Source: Dicyema japonicum (lineage: Eukaryota > Animalia > Dicyemida). Taken from it: DNA of 64,000 bases. Below, one piece after another: positions 36,025-49,100 of the stretch. The stretch spans positions 23,445 to 87,444 of the forward strand of contig RDEW01000048.1 in the NCBI GenBank assembly GCA_011109175.1. The letters run 5' to 3'. Below the pieces are notes generated by a model. That model did no database searches. It worked only from the letters and a program-made list of their open reading frames with translations, and was not told the origin of the DNA. Made by a program: the position numbers and the translations under genes. The first letter of the stretch is position 1; each line of letters begins with the position of its first letter.

Positions 36025-36941
36025 TTACTCTGGAATATCAGGTTCTATATGTTGTATGTATTACTAAATAAAATGATATTAAATTAATTATCATCCGTTT
36101 GCGTCATTATTGTGATTCCACCACGTCATAACGAGTTTAAAGCTTTATATCTGATAGATACATATTTTATGAGGATCCTGTCATCGAACAGAAGGTGGGA
36201 GAGACTAGTATCGAGGATCATGTAGACGGCGAACAAAGAGAATTATTGTCTGAATGATATGCCGACTTTGGGTCCGGAAAATCGAAATAGCTCACTGAGG
36301 TACTTTGGAATATTTTTTGCAGATAGTCATGCTATTCCAACTTACTTGTGTTCAAATGTATGCCTTAAGTATTTATTGTCTCAAAAAGATGTTAATTGGT
36401 ATAGTAACCTCGGGATTTACAGTAAAATACTAAGAATGTTAACAACAAAGGAGCGTAGAGAAAACTAGTCTGTCGAATTTGAGATGAGGTGGCTAAGAAA
36501 AATATTACTGAGGGGATTCCCAAACTGTAGGATGTGACGTTTTCTTCTTTTTCGACTAGTTCTGGATGGATATTGAAAAAACTGCGAACGTGGAAGCTGG
36601 ATGAAGGTAATTGTTAGCTATTAATATCTTTTTTGGAGTCTCCAGGGTTAATATATTGATTGATTAAGTTGATTTTGAAAAAAAAACAATATTTGTAAAT
36701 ATACTATGTAATCCGATTATAAAATTGTGCTACATATTTACTCAAAAACTTTCAATCTGAGGGTCATACGTTAGCCACCCTGACTGCGTGGTTATACCCT
36801 CTCAGGATGGCGAGTGAGATTCGATCAAATATCGCTCACGGAGATTTATAAACCAAATATCAAAAGTTAACATTTTAATTTTTTGTTAATTCCGTAAAAT
36901 TAATATTGCCAAAAAAATCCGTATGTTAGCAAAAACTATGA

Positions 36942-38699
36942 CTAATTATCCTCCTGACGAAATTCAATAATCATCAACGATGCGCATAACAGCATGATTG
37001 GTCTTGGGAAATGTTCGACGATATCTTCCGGAAGAGCAAAGACCTTCCCTCCCATTTTCCTCACAATTGAAAGAGCATATTTAGCATTTGAAAATTTATC
37101 CTACAATATTCAAAATATTTCAACTTCATAACTTTCTCCAGAGTTAACATACCCTTTATTATACACATCTGGCTTAATTGCATCGATTAATTCAAAGATT
37201 GGAGTCGAGTCAGTGAATGCCTCATCTTTAAATCCAGTGACTTTATTCTCAAGCTAATAAATGATTATAATACGTTCAACCTTGCTGTTGACCCAATCGA
37301 GGATATCACTGTCCGCAAATGACTTGTTTGGGTTAATTTGCACCAGCATTTTAATAAAGTCGTATCTCATGGCCTGTGAAAGGAATGCTTTAATGTAAAA
37401 ACACGTGATTACAAAGAATAAACATTAAATTATTTTCTACAAGATTGCTTCCATCAATGTTTACGAGAGAAAATCCAAAATCACTCTTTCCATGATTCAA
37501 CGCATTAGAACAATGCCTGGAGTATAATTATGACTAAAACTTATTTTATTGAATCTTTCTTTCCTCCCAGATAAATCAGTCTGAATCTCCTTTTCGGGAA
37601 CACAATTAGGCTTCAAAATATTCAAAATGTAGTTATATGTGCGACCGTCAGATAAATCAAATTTGAGATCATTAACATAAGACGGCACTCCAAGGGAGTT
37701 TACCCAACTTCGAATCGCTCAAATAGTTAATATAAGTGTACATTTTTCTTCCCTTGTCTCATCTACTTCAACGTAGTCTACAGTTTCCAGTGCTGGATAG
37801 AGATTGAACAAATCGGCAGTAAAAGCCAAATTTAGTTTTATATTTCCAGAAGTAACATCCTGAGGACGAAGATTAAAGTCTAGTTCAAGTTTGGAGGATT
37901 CTAAGAGCATTGAATTAGCCCTTTCATGCAAATTTTGTTCCTATTAGGTTTAATTATAATTAGTTCAACTGAAAAGTCGATAAGTTTCACATGGCGATCT
38001 AAAGGTGCTATTTGTTTAACTAAAACACTGTAGATTTCGCTGTCCTAAAATTTAAATTGAATAAATTATACTTTTAAATCAGTATTAAAATTTTTAAATT
38101 TTAAATGAGAGTGTTCAGAACTCGCAAGGTGGTAATTGACCCACCTAATCAGTATTTCCTCAGGAGTAAGCTTTCTGAAATCTTCTATAGACTCTCCGTC
38201 ATTCATGAGTAACAAAATGTTTGGATGATTCTTTAAATTAATGCTTCGTAATAGATCCATCTAATTATAGAAGAATCCAAGACAAACTCGGATTTGTTGC
38301 CATACAAGTCCTTTCACAATGTGTTGATTTTTCTCTACAATGTCCTCAGGGCCAATATTGACGACGCAACAACCCAATGATTGCGAAGCCCTTACGGCTA
38401 GGTTACAGTTTTCACGCTTGCGGTAAATGAGAATATTGTCCCCATAGTTTATGGCCCTCGAATCGATTACAGAGTCGTTAATATGCTCAAGATATTTGCT
38501 AGGAAACTAAATCCAGGATTACATACCATAGAAGGACTCCGTCGCTAAGTTTATCGAAAAAGTTATCAATAGTCAGAGGGAAATATTTTTTCAGATTCTT
38601 ATTTTTGTTCAATTTACTATCATCAATAATACAGATTTACTTATTGAACCAATCTGCAAAACCAATAGTTTCACCATCATCTTCATAGTGCGTGGACAT
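36942..38699 (-). CDS. Plastin/fimbrin (four CH domains; no EF-hand headpiece seen)
   Basis: GFADWFNK, KLTPEEILIRWVNYHL, LNLAFTADLFNLYPALE, IRSWVNSLGV, PEDIVEHFPRPIMLLCASLM. Confidence 0.88.
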
Positions 38700-39079
38700 C
38701 TCTAATTCTGAATCAAATTTCGGATAAAATCTTATTATACGAAATTAAAATGCGCAAATCCGGAATTTATTATCCGCATTTATTTAATGAGCAACAAATT
38801 ATGTCCTTACATGTCGATTATCATTTAAAGAAATAATAACAAAAATATAAGAAGCTTTTTTTATTTGTAAAACATCAAATCCTGACTGCATAAGATTATG
38901 AGTTTACGACAGGCACACGTGTAAAACCAACCTCCTTCAGAGTGTTGCTAATGTCTGTTCAGCCGTTTGGGAGGCTGAAGTGTTAATGTCGAAACTTTAA
39001 AAACTTAGTTGGCCTTGAAAATATTAATTTATTTGAGAATTGGTTCTCTAAAAACTGTAAATGTGCCCTCGAGCTCGAA

Positions 39080-39200
39080 TTCCTGGTTCGTATAGTAAAT
39101 CAGATTTCTACGTGCACTGGAGATCTCCGCGAGCATGTTGGATATTTGAGCAAACCTTGTTCGCAATCCTGAATGGGAATAGCCACGCAGTCAAGTGACT
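39080..39200 (+). mobile_element. Short CRE 3' remnant, same subfamily as 24645-25156
   Basis: TGCACTGGAGATCTCCGCGA...GGGAATAGCCACGCAGT shared. Confidence 0.7.
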
Positions 39201-39333
39201 ACGGTATAACCTCTGATTGATTCTAAAAAATGTTGAAGTAATAATTCAATTTTGCTGTTGAATTAATTTACTAATCCCCCACACGTATGGAAAGCATTGG
39301 AAATAGAAGACTTACTATTATTTTATGAAAAAT

Positions 39334-39705
39334 TTCTATGATAATCGACATATAAGGACTTTGGTCTTGGATGCTACTTGTGTCGACCCTTTTTGCCCAT
39401 CCAACATCGTCAGGAGCTCGGTAGACACACTGTATGCCGCGGAAAAAACAATGAAAGCAAAGGAGAAAAAATATGATGCATTGCACGATCGGTTCACTTT
39501 CTATCTTATTGTGGTCGAGACAACTGGAGGAATAAGTGGAAAATCGCTTTGCTTCTTTAGACGCCTAGCTACACTAAAAAGTCATGATGCAAGTGAGACC
39601 CGATTGCTTCCCCAGTTGATCTCTGTTGCAATCGTGAGCGGCAAGGCAACGTCGATAATGTCGGCGGGGTCCACTTTGGATGGTTGGCTGTGTTAATTTA
39701 ATTAC
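39334..39705 (+). mobile_element. CRE 3' fragment (RLE)
   Basis: LVLDATCVD...KEKKYDALHDRFTFYLIVVETTG...ISVAIVSG; TSD ATGAAAAAT at 39325-39333 and 39706-39714. Confidence 0.82.
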
Positions 39706-39769
39706 ATGAAAAATATATTTAGATTTGAAATTTGCTTTTAAATCAGTAAAAATTTTGTCATTTTTTGGG

Positions 39770-39920
39770 ATTGACGAGTGAGCCGTTATCGTGATTCATA
39801 ACTGCGGAAGCGGATTGTCTCAGAGACTCACACGCAAGCGAAAAGAAAAGAACAAGAAGTCAAGGAAACTCTCGATGCATTGAATTACCTTAACTGTTCT
39901 TTACTTTAGAGGATTTACCG
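39770..39920 (+). mobile_element. Diverged SINE-A copy
   Basis: TGACGAGTGAGCCGTTATC...ACTGCGGAA...TTAACTGTTCTTTACTT. Confidence 0.55.
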
Positions 39921-40274
39921 TTATCACTAATGTCTTAGGCCTGAACGATATTTCCAAACGAATAATCATATACAGGACCTGCATACTTACAGTGCCACTA
40001 TTAAATACTTTCAAGAGACGAAAGTAAGTGCGGACTAGATGAGTCACATAATGAGTACCGAATTATCCTCCTACCATCAGAATTTCACCACTATGGATGA
40101 TAGTCTTATGAGCGGCACATGTGAGTACTTTGACATTGTGTTAATAATGTGTTCTGCATAAGCTGAGGTTCAAGTACTGGAAACATTACTTCCCCTCGGC
40201 GGAAGGGCTGAAAATTAAAAATCTCATTCTAGATAGAATAAACTTTCTAACTAATAGAAGTTTTCTCGAGTGTA

Positions 40275-40480
40275 CAGCTAGTTGAGTTTTAGTTGGTCGG
40301 ATGGTTGAGGTCGTGACTAAATGATTTTATTTCCTTAAGATTGATGTGACTACTCGTTTCACTCGTCTCGTGAATGGAAGAAATGATGAAAATCTTAAAT
40401 ATAGGAAATTTCGAAAGAAGGAAGCGACAGGTACACTATGCTCTAGGTTCGAATCTTACCTGGCACAAAATTTGGAGGGA
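40275..40480 (+). mobile_element. SINE-B copy
   Basis: AGTTGGTCGG (40291-40300) and GGTTCGAATC (40446-40455); internal similarity to 60045-60300. Confidence 0.6.
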
Positions 40481-41331
40481 CTTAAAAAGCCTACTTTGAG
40501 AAAGAAAATGGGAATTATTAGTTAGATTATATAAATTATCGTTTTGTTATGTGATTCACCAATTCTGTAAGTTTTACTAACTCCCAGGGTGCACTTGATG
40601 CACCTCTTTTTACTAACAATTATACATTTTTTTCGAGGAATACACTTTTCATACACGCACGTTGGGTAAGAACTAAAATCACCTTATACTAGAAAAAAAC
40701 TACAAACAGTAGTACATCGAGCTATGAAACTTTTTTAAGCATGCGCCTTGTGGGGTCCATTCGGTTCCTGTACAAATGTCATGACCAAGGCTAGCCTAAA
40801 AAACATTCAAAGTTACGGAGTGATTGACTTTTTGAAAGGACTTTCCACAACAATTTTAGAATCCCTAATGCCCAAAAATCAAGGGGTGCGCTAGTGCAAA
40901 GGTTCTACAAGCGCTTCTTGTTAGAAGGATAAAAATCTGATCAAGATGAGGTCACTGCTGAACCATATCGGGTTCACGCAATTGATTACTTTGGTTTTAC
41001 TATAGTCATTGGCATTTTCATTAATTCCTGGCCGTTCTAAATAATAATCAACATAGATGTAACTGAGAAGGCCGAGAAGTCAAAACGGATTTAAGTACGC
41101 GGTCCTACCCCCAGGATTTTTGTTTTAAACGTATAGTTCCCTTGTGCTTACGATGCAAAAATTCTTGAGTTGTCTAGGGAATCGGGTTTCTACACGAACA
41201 TGAAATCTCCGTTAACGCTATTGGCTATTTGATCGAATCTCACTCGCCATCCTGTTCTTTATTTTATTTTGGTCAATAAAGTCAAAATTCATTTTACAAA
41301 AAAAAATCAACAAGGTCATTCTATTACTTTT

Positions 41332-43120
41332 TTTTTTAAATTAAATTTTTTTAACAATTAAACAAATGTCAGTTGAGGAAGCCTGCTGAGTGGATTGCGA
41401 ACAGTTCCCTCGAGTATGGCTATTCCAATCTTTTGTCTTAGCCATAGCCCTTCTCGTTGATCCCTTTTCTTTCTGGCAAGCATCCTCCGAGTTCTTGCAA
41501 GAATTCAGCCGTCATTGACCAACGGCTCCCGATGATTCGGTCGCAACAGGAGTAAATCGGTAGCGATCCCGAGGCAAGAATATTTCTTGATTTTTAGGTT
41601 TTCCGCGGTAGAAGCAGCTGCTCCAGGTGTCTGAACCGATTTAAAATGTTCGTGCTTGAAAATGTGTCAACACAAGTTGCGTCCCAGACCAAAGATCTTC
41701 CGGATGTCCAAGGGAAAAGGGTCATCCCTTCAGGTCTCTTTCCATCTCCTCGTTCGAGACCTACTGGTTCAAGCTGTGATGGGAAGCCTGTAGCCTTCAG
41801 AGCTCTGACGATCACATCGTTCAGAGCAGCGTGACGTGGTCCTCTTCCGGCGCTTGCATTCCCTTCGCATCGACTATTTTCCCGCATCGGCATCGGTGCT
41901 CCTAGCAAACATCTAGTCCTAGCCTTTGTCCGACTTCAACCTCAAAGATCGTCGTCCAAAAGAGTCCCTAGGTTTGGCCAAGGTATTGCACCAAGCCATG
42001 CTCCACTCCAACACTTAAAGCTGACACCAAACAAGCCAGACGATGTTGATTTGCTTTTTTTAAGGTCTTCCAAAATTTTGGAGCAGACAATGTTATCCCA
42101 ATTACTTTTCTTTGTTGTGTCTTTGAGGATTTTGAGTAAGGTCCAGTTCCATTTCCGACAATCTTCGTCAAATGACTCATTCCAGAGAAGTCCAATAGTG
42201 TGATGAAAGACTTGCTGTGTCAAATGGCTGCAGCTTGAGAGATACGATAGGTATGCCTGGTACGCAACCTCCAGCGCCGATCTCATTCCGACACCCAAAT
42301 CCAGAGGAAGCTTACATTGTTTCCAACCAAATTCGTCGAAGCGGACGTTAATTAGTGACTCAACAGTTTGCTTGAGAGACTTGTCTATTGAAAGTAGAGT
42401 GTCGTATTGTTCGTAGCAGGGTGAACATCGGAGTAGATATAAAAGCTCGGTAGTCCTATGTTGTTTCTCATCAGGAAGAAAGATGTGTGAGAGTCGAGAC
42501 ATGACAATCTTTTCGCAAGGCGTATTAATTCTTCATTTTTGGAAAGTAGATGCTTTTTGAGTTCTTCTTCGCTGAGTGGGCATCCGAGGAAATATAATTT
42601 ATCAACTGGCACAGTCGGGATCCCAGGAAGCAGTTCGTTAAAAGACTCCTTGATGGAGAGGAAGTCGGTGTATGGATATGAGACATTTATTAGCTCTGAT
42701 TTGTTAACATTGATGTCCAAGGCCAAATGTTTTAAAGCGGGTAACGCTTTACGTAATGAATTGTATGTTTCTTTGAACGATCCTCCAATTGTGGCATCAT
42801 CGAGGTACCAGAGATTTAGCTGAGCATCAATTGATCTCGCAACCTCATCAATGGTCAAGGCAAATAAGAGAGGTCCGAGCGGATCTCCTTGTTGGACACC
42901 CGTTTTTGATTTAATAATTCATTTTCAAAACCAAAGACGTATCTTCCCCATAGGATAAATTGACAAGAGGGAAAAGCTTTGGAGCCTTCTTCCAACACTT
43001 TTTCATAATTTCATCTCTTCTGAGAGAATTGAAAGGAATTCGTTTTGTCCAACTTGATTCCAAAGCATTCATTTGAAATATTTTTCTATGTGAAGAAACG
43101 CCTTGCTGCATGAAAATTAA
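41332..43120 (-). mobile_element. 5'-truncated CRE-clade retrotransposon (RT, Zn finger, RLE, A-rich tail)
   Basis: [63 protein letters not shown]; TSD ATTACTTTT at 41323-41331 and 43121-43129. Confidence 0.9.
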
Positions 43121-43121
43121 A

Positions 43122-46100
43122 TTACTTTTCGGACTTTCTCGTAATACAACATAGAATCTCCTGCCCGAGGGCTGAACTGTCAGAGAAAGAAGAGAGAATA
43201 GGTCCTCTACAACAACGAGGTCTTCTCATCGGTTTGGGAATAGTATCACTAGATAGTGAACTGGTCGCCTCCACAGCAGAAGCCACACCAGAGGCCAAGT
43301 CTAATGTACCGACAATCGGTTTAGTGACAGTACCAATAGCCCTTTGACCAATCCTTTAACAACCCCCTGTGAAATTAAAGGTCCATCTAAAAACAACCTT
43401 TGCTCCTTCTTTGACTGCACCGCGGTAAACACTCGACGGGAGACTAGTCAGACCACTCCAAAAACCAAGTCCAAAGCTTTGTACACCAGCGGAAATGTGA
43501 TCCACCGTAGAACGGCGCTGACTATGCATTACTTGTTTCCTTGAAAAGGAATGTTCAGAATCCAAAATTGATGGAGCTACAGTCTCAGAAAGACTTTTAG
43601 TGAACTGGAGTACAACAAAAGGACACCTTTGCGGCTGAATTTGATACTCCATGAGTAACGCTCTTAATGAAACCTTCAACATTTCCCTCTGTAAGGTCAG
43701 CCACACCACTGACGAGATCATTCACCAAACCCAACGGACTCCCCAAGAAGTCAACATATCCAAATATTTTAGCTGCATGTTTGGCCATGTCCTACAATGT
43801 AACTCGAGAAATACATCTTTGTAATGATTTAATATTTCATTGTGCAATCTGTCAAGTCTACGGAAGACATTTCTTCGGATAAACGGATTCAGTGCTATTT
43901 TTGCGTTGTCAAAGTTTATCAGTTTTACTCCATAAGAATTCTTTATTATTTTCAAATCATCGTCCAATGTGGCTTTATGAACACTCAGTAATAACTTCTC
44001 TAACGACAAATGTAATCTGCGAAAAAACAGTTTCGTTTTACTTCCACTCACACTTTCTTGGGAAGATAAAAATTGAATTATCTTCCATAACACCCTTTCT
44101 TCCAAAATGAAACAGAGCTTTTGCATTTTAATTTTAAAATCCTCAAACACAACGATTCCAGGACGACTGCTATATCGACAAGAGAATGACAGATTGGGGA
44201 GATTACTCTTTTTAAAATACACAATGACTGAATCCTTAACTTGCCTAAGCTGATCATCAATCTAAAATTAATGAATATACGACCTGCAACTGGGACACAT
44301 TTACGGTCAAATCATAAACTCCATCATTACTGTTGAATACAACTGATATGTTGTTTAATCGAATATAAACAAGCTCTTCGGGAATATGGTTGATTAGGGA
44401 AATTCCAATTCCCATATTAAACTGAATAGTGCACTGCATAGTGTCAGTTTTCCTAAATTCATGAGCAATCTAGAATAAACAAAAGTGCTACATTATCGAC
44501 AGTAACATGCCTGGTGACACCCTCATCCCATACACTGAAAGTGACCCAATCAGCATTACACCACATATTATGTTTAAAAAAAGTATGACTAGTCTGTTTG
44601 TTCAGTACAACCATATCATCAATCATACTCACATTCATTCCCTTACATTTCAATAGTCCATTCTATATTACTAGTTACAAACTAACTTCATTGAAGTGCC
44701 AGTTAAATTGCTTATTAGTAGTGATGCACAGTCTCCAATGTCCTTTCGATTTGCTGACACTCAAGTAATTATTATCAATATAAATTCTCCCATTTTGATC
44801 GCACTTCCACAGCTGTCTTTTATTGCCAATTTGCTGCTTAGTGATAAATAGATACTTTATCAGACAATATTATATGATTCTCATTATTGTACTCCAATAC
44901 TTTATTAAATTCTGAAGAAATGTAAAACATTTGATTGAGAAAAAGACAGGCATTCCCCGTTTTACTTAAATCTACGCATTGATGGCAGTCCAAAACGCTG
45001 AATTGCAATGAATGTGCCCCAATGGATCATCCAGTGCATACGAATCTACCATTAATAATGACTACAACATGATGAATGCGGCTGTAATGAATGATATTCA
45101 TTATTTTGATGGAAGATAACGTCAACTTTAAATCAGCATAAAATCATACATTTAAATTGTTTTCTATGCAATATGGCATCAATGACTTGTCTCCCCTCGA
45201 AATAATCACACAATAGCATCCACAATAATAAGCAACATCCACACTCACATAATAACACTTTAATGAATTTTTTTCGTGTCTTAATATAATTTGGAAGCTA
45301 TCAATCTTGTTCACTTGTATCCTTCCAGATACTTTTGACGGATTATCTCCTAATATTTGGATTGATAGATATTTTTCATTTTCAAACATCCACCAGTGAA
45401 GGGGTGACTCCTCTTCACTATTTATTACTTCACTCTTACAGTCCTGGGAATAATATATAATATTACTTTAATAGAAGCACATATATTGTACTCCAACAAG
45501 TTCTTGATTACTATATGGGCTGAAACATTCACAATCTTGCAATGTGCCTGTTTCTGCTGTCCCGGGCATACATCTATTCCAACAGTATAGCACCTTTGTG
45601 TTATCAATCAATCATACTCAGAGGTGGATGGATTCATTATACGTCTCACAAACGACGCACATTCAACAGGGAAGGGATCAGACCTGCAATTAATGTATTC
45701 ACTACCATATCAATTCCCCAGAGCTGAATCTGTAACCAATTTTGAGATTGTTCCTTAAATAATAAATTTTACTAACTGATAATCAGACTTGTTCATATAA
45801 AATGGACATGGTTTAGTTTTTGTCCTGCGTAGACAATATCCGTCTCAGCATTCTTAATAATTAATGCAATGTCGGTCATATTAATGAAATAGTAAGGAGA
45901 GGTGACTTTGATCTGAAATACTGAGAGAAAACAACCTCAACGAATCCCCGTAAATATCGATGAATGGTAGCGTCAAGAGTAAGAGGGTTATGGTTGCAAT
46001 CATACATATTAATTGGACAATTGTAACTAGTTGTGCCAGAGTTTATTTTCAGTTGGTCAGTGGACTTGAATCCATCATAAATAAATCCAAACGACAACTC

Positions 46101-49100
46101 ATTCCCAACAATCTACAATAAATGGTATAAAAACAGAATGTAAATGAATATCTGCATTTGACTGAATAGACGTGTTTAATTTTCTTCCATCAGAATAATG
46201 GAATATCATTGGTAAAAGTGTGTAATTTCTAAACTACAATAAGTGGATATAGAGCAATCAAATGTCCTACAACAGGATTTGCTGGGAGATGCTTGTCGAA
46301 TGGGAGTTGTCGTGGATAACCAAGGTTTATTATAGACAAAATATATCTAAATAGAAAATTGGTATCACACCTGTAGACATCACCATTTGTAGTTTTGCAA
46401 TTTACAGTACAACAAACTGATTCTTTCTCAGCCACATCAAACCAGCAAACGGGAACTTTGTAGAACCTTAGCATTCCATGTGTCAGAACTTTGATTGACA
46501 TGTTAGAATTGACAAAATTTAGTGGGACGTGATAGATCTCTCCAGATTCAACAACTATATCCCTTCCAGATAACATGTGCATTCCATCTATCATTAATTG
46601 GATATTATTTTTTAGATTATTAGCGATCACCAAAGTTGAGGTTATAAGAATTGACTTTTTAGTACCCTGCTGAGTAACTGTAGCACTGATACGCCCATTC
46701 TATCATCAGTAAACTGACTACCAGTGAATTGCAAACTACATCACGGAGAAACACGCCTACTGTATCAATTGGAATGGGCTTTAAAATTGGGGATGGTCCG
46801 ACCCTGATTTGTATTCTTCTTAGTTGAAACTCGTTCTGAAAATAAAAAACCTTTAAAACCACATTCCTTGACTGTTCGGCAGTAAAATCAGCAGAATGTG
46901 TGGGTAATACTTCAACCCATGGACTAACTCCTTCAAACACAATGTCCCCGTTATTTTGACAAGGAAAATCATTTTGTGCTGCCACTACTTGAAAATAAAT
47001 AGGCATTCCAATATCATTTTTGATAATATATGGAGTGAATGCATTTCTATATTTGGACGTCCGAGAGAGTACTCCACTCTTAGTGGTGGTTCTATACACA
47101 TCCAACATTGATTTCGTTATATTCATATTCAGAGGAGTATTACCTATTATATTGATAACATTTACTTTCGATTTCTATTTTCACATTGTCAATAAACTTG
47201 TGCTGTATCCTCAACCTAATCTCACTCATAAAAAACTGACTTTAATGGCTCAATAAAGTATTCCCATGTACACATAAATCTGTTGTAGTAAACCCCAAAT
47301 GTGTGGAATGTAGTAACCCCATCAATGTCATCTCCCAACACAAATGAGGAGGTCAAGTCTACAATCAAACCAAAATATTACTTGTTAAAGATAACTCTAC
47401 TAATGGGACATGTATGCAATCATCAATTACCATAATGGAGATACTATCAAAAAACAACTAAAGTACATATAAACTACAACATTAATGTTCCTGACCAACT
47501 TAAATTGTGAATCATCATTTGGCGTACTACTTCCAATAGCACTTCTTAAATTGCTTGGAATTGACTCAAATAATTTCATAATTAAAGATGCGTCATTGTG
47601 TGAAATATTCAATTTGATTCGATCGCAAAAAATCTTGAATTAATATCAAATGTACATCAATGTTTGTACTCTTCAATATTTTGTTGCTTGAAGAGGAATG
47701 TAGAGGTCGATTAATGTCCAAATCAAACTTGAAAGGTTCAATTATGGAGATTGTTGTCTCCTGCATTCTGTTAATCACTGTCGAAAAGAGTTCAACATTT
47801 TCTAGATTACAAAACAGAGGTTGTTCCATATTGTAATCCTGCTTTTGAAAGAGCATGTCACCCTAAATATGTACGTAGTACTCACACCTTAATAACAAGG
47901 GCATTCGAATCAATGAGAGAACAATTCTCCAGAAATATGAACTCAGTACTCCAAAATTCAGCACAAATCTGAATGAATCATGCTGTTCTGTCAAATAACA
48001 TCCTAGGGGTTGGGATAATAAAAAGGTAGTCACATCCATTATGAAATCCAAAATTCCGAAAATTCTCATTGACCGGAAAATTAGTTTTAAGATATTTTCC
48101 CCATCAATAGAGGAATAGTTGATTTCAAGTTGTTTTACATTATCATTGCACTCAACAGAGGAAGATAACACAGTTTTATGGACATTAGCTTTAATAAGTA
48201 ATGTAAATACAGTTAGGTCTACTGTCTTGTCCAACAAACTCATAAGAATGCAAGCTAACCTCACTCCTCCCGTCAGAATATTTTGTGTAAGAAAGAAGTG
48301 ATCTTATTAGATTGAATTGTGCAAGTGCCTGTATAACCACATTTACTATACCTGATTATCATAAACATTTATAATAATGTTGGATAATGACAAGCCGAGT
48401 GATTTGTTAATCCAACATAGTTTTGAATTATCAGTCAAATCAAAGTTAAATTGGTAGCCGAAATTATTAGAAATGACTCCACGAATCAGTGCGTATTGGA
48501 ACCGACTAATATTGAATTCAATTGAAGATAAAACACCATCAAATTTCCAATCCGGTAATTCATGCCTATTATTTCCCAAATTTCTCTTTATATTTAAATT
48601 TAGTTCACATTCTTTATCAATAATATCATTTCCCTAAGGAATTAATACAACACTTACATATTTCTCAAATACAAAGTCATCAAACTCAATCACATTCCCA
48701 TAGAACGAGTCTGACTTTGCTTTCCTTACCACCCCAAATAACATAAAATCACATAATCGTATATCTATCACATCCACAAGAATGTTCTATTATCGTAAAT
48801 TCAAAGATACATTATTCATTATTTGAAGTAATGTCGAATTGTTTGATTCTACTGGCACATTCTCATAAGCATTTCTCAAACTAACCTTTGCAATCCTGCC
48901 GACAAGCACTTCGTCACTCTGCCAAGATGCCGGAATGAATAAATGAGTAAATCAAATCAAGTTTTATCCACTTTGATTGATGTTTTTCGCCAGTGGAATT
49001 GATAGATTTTGCAAAATTATCAACAAATGAGATAATTTCCATAAAGAAACAGTGGACATACAGAATTTTAATATTTGACATTTTCAGTTTAAAACAGCAT

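Noticed and set aside
36805-36850. Short repeat shared in inverted orientation with ~41200-41255
   Set aside because: Real similarity but only ~45 bp and two copies, 4.4 kb apart with no TSD; probably fragments of an unclassified repeat.
40275-40480. Genuine tRNA-Thr gene
   Set aside because: Mismatched T and anticodon stems, ~150-nt A-B spacing, diverged dispersed copies; treated as SINE-like.
43060-43126. Apparent 20-nt intron and extra VPS13D exon (ENKAFLHIEKY) that loosely fits the human sequence
   Set aside because: The same bases encode the CRE RT motif HAARRF...KLD in another frame and lie inside the TSD-defined element.
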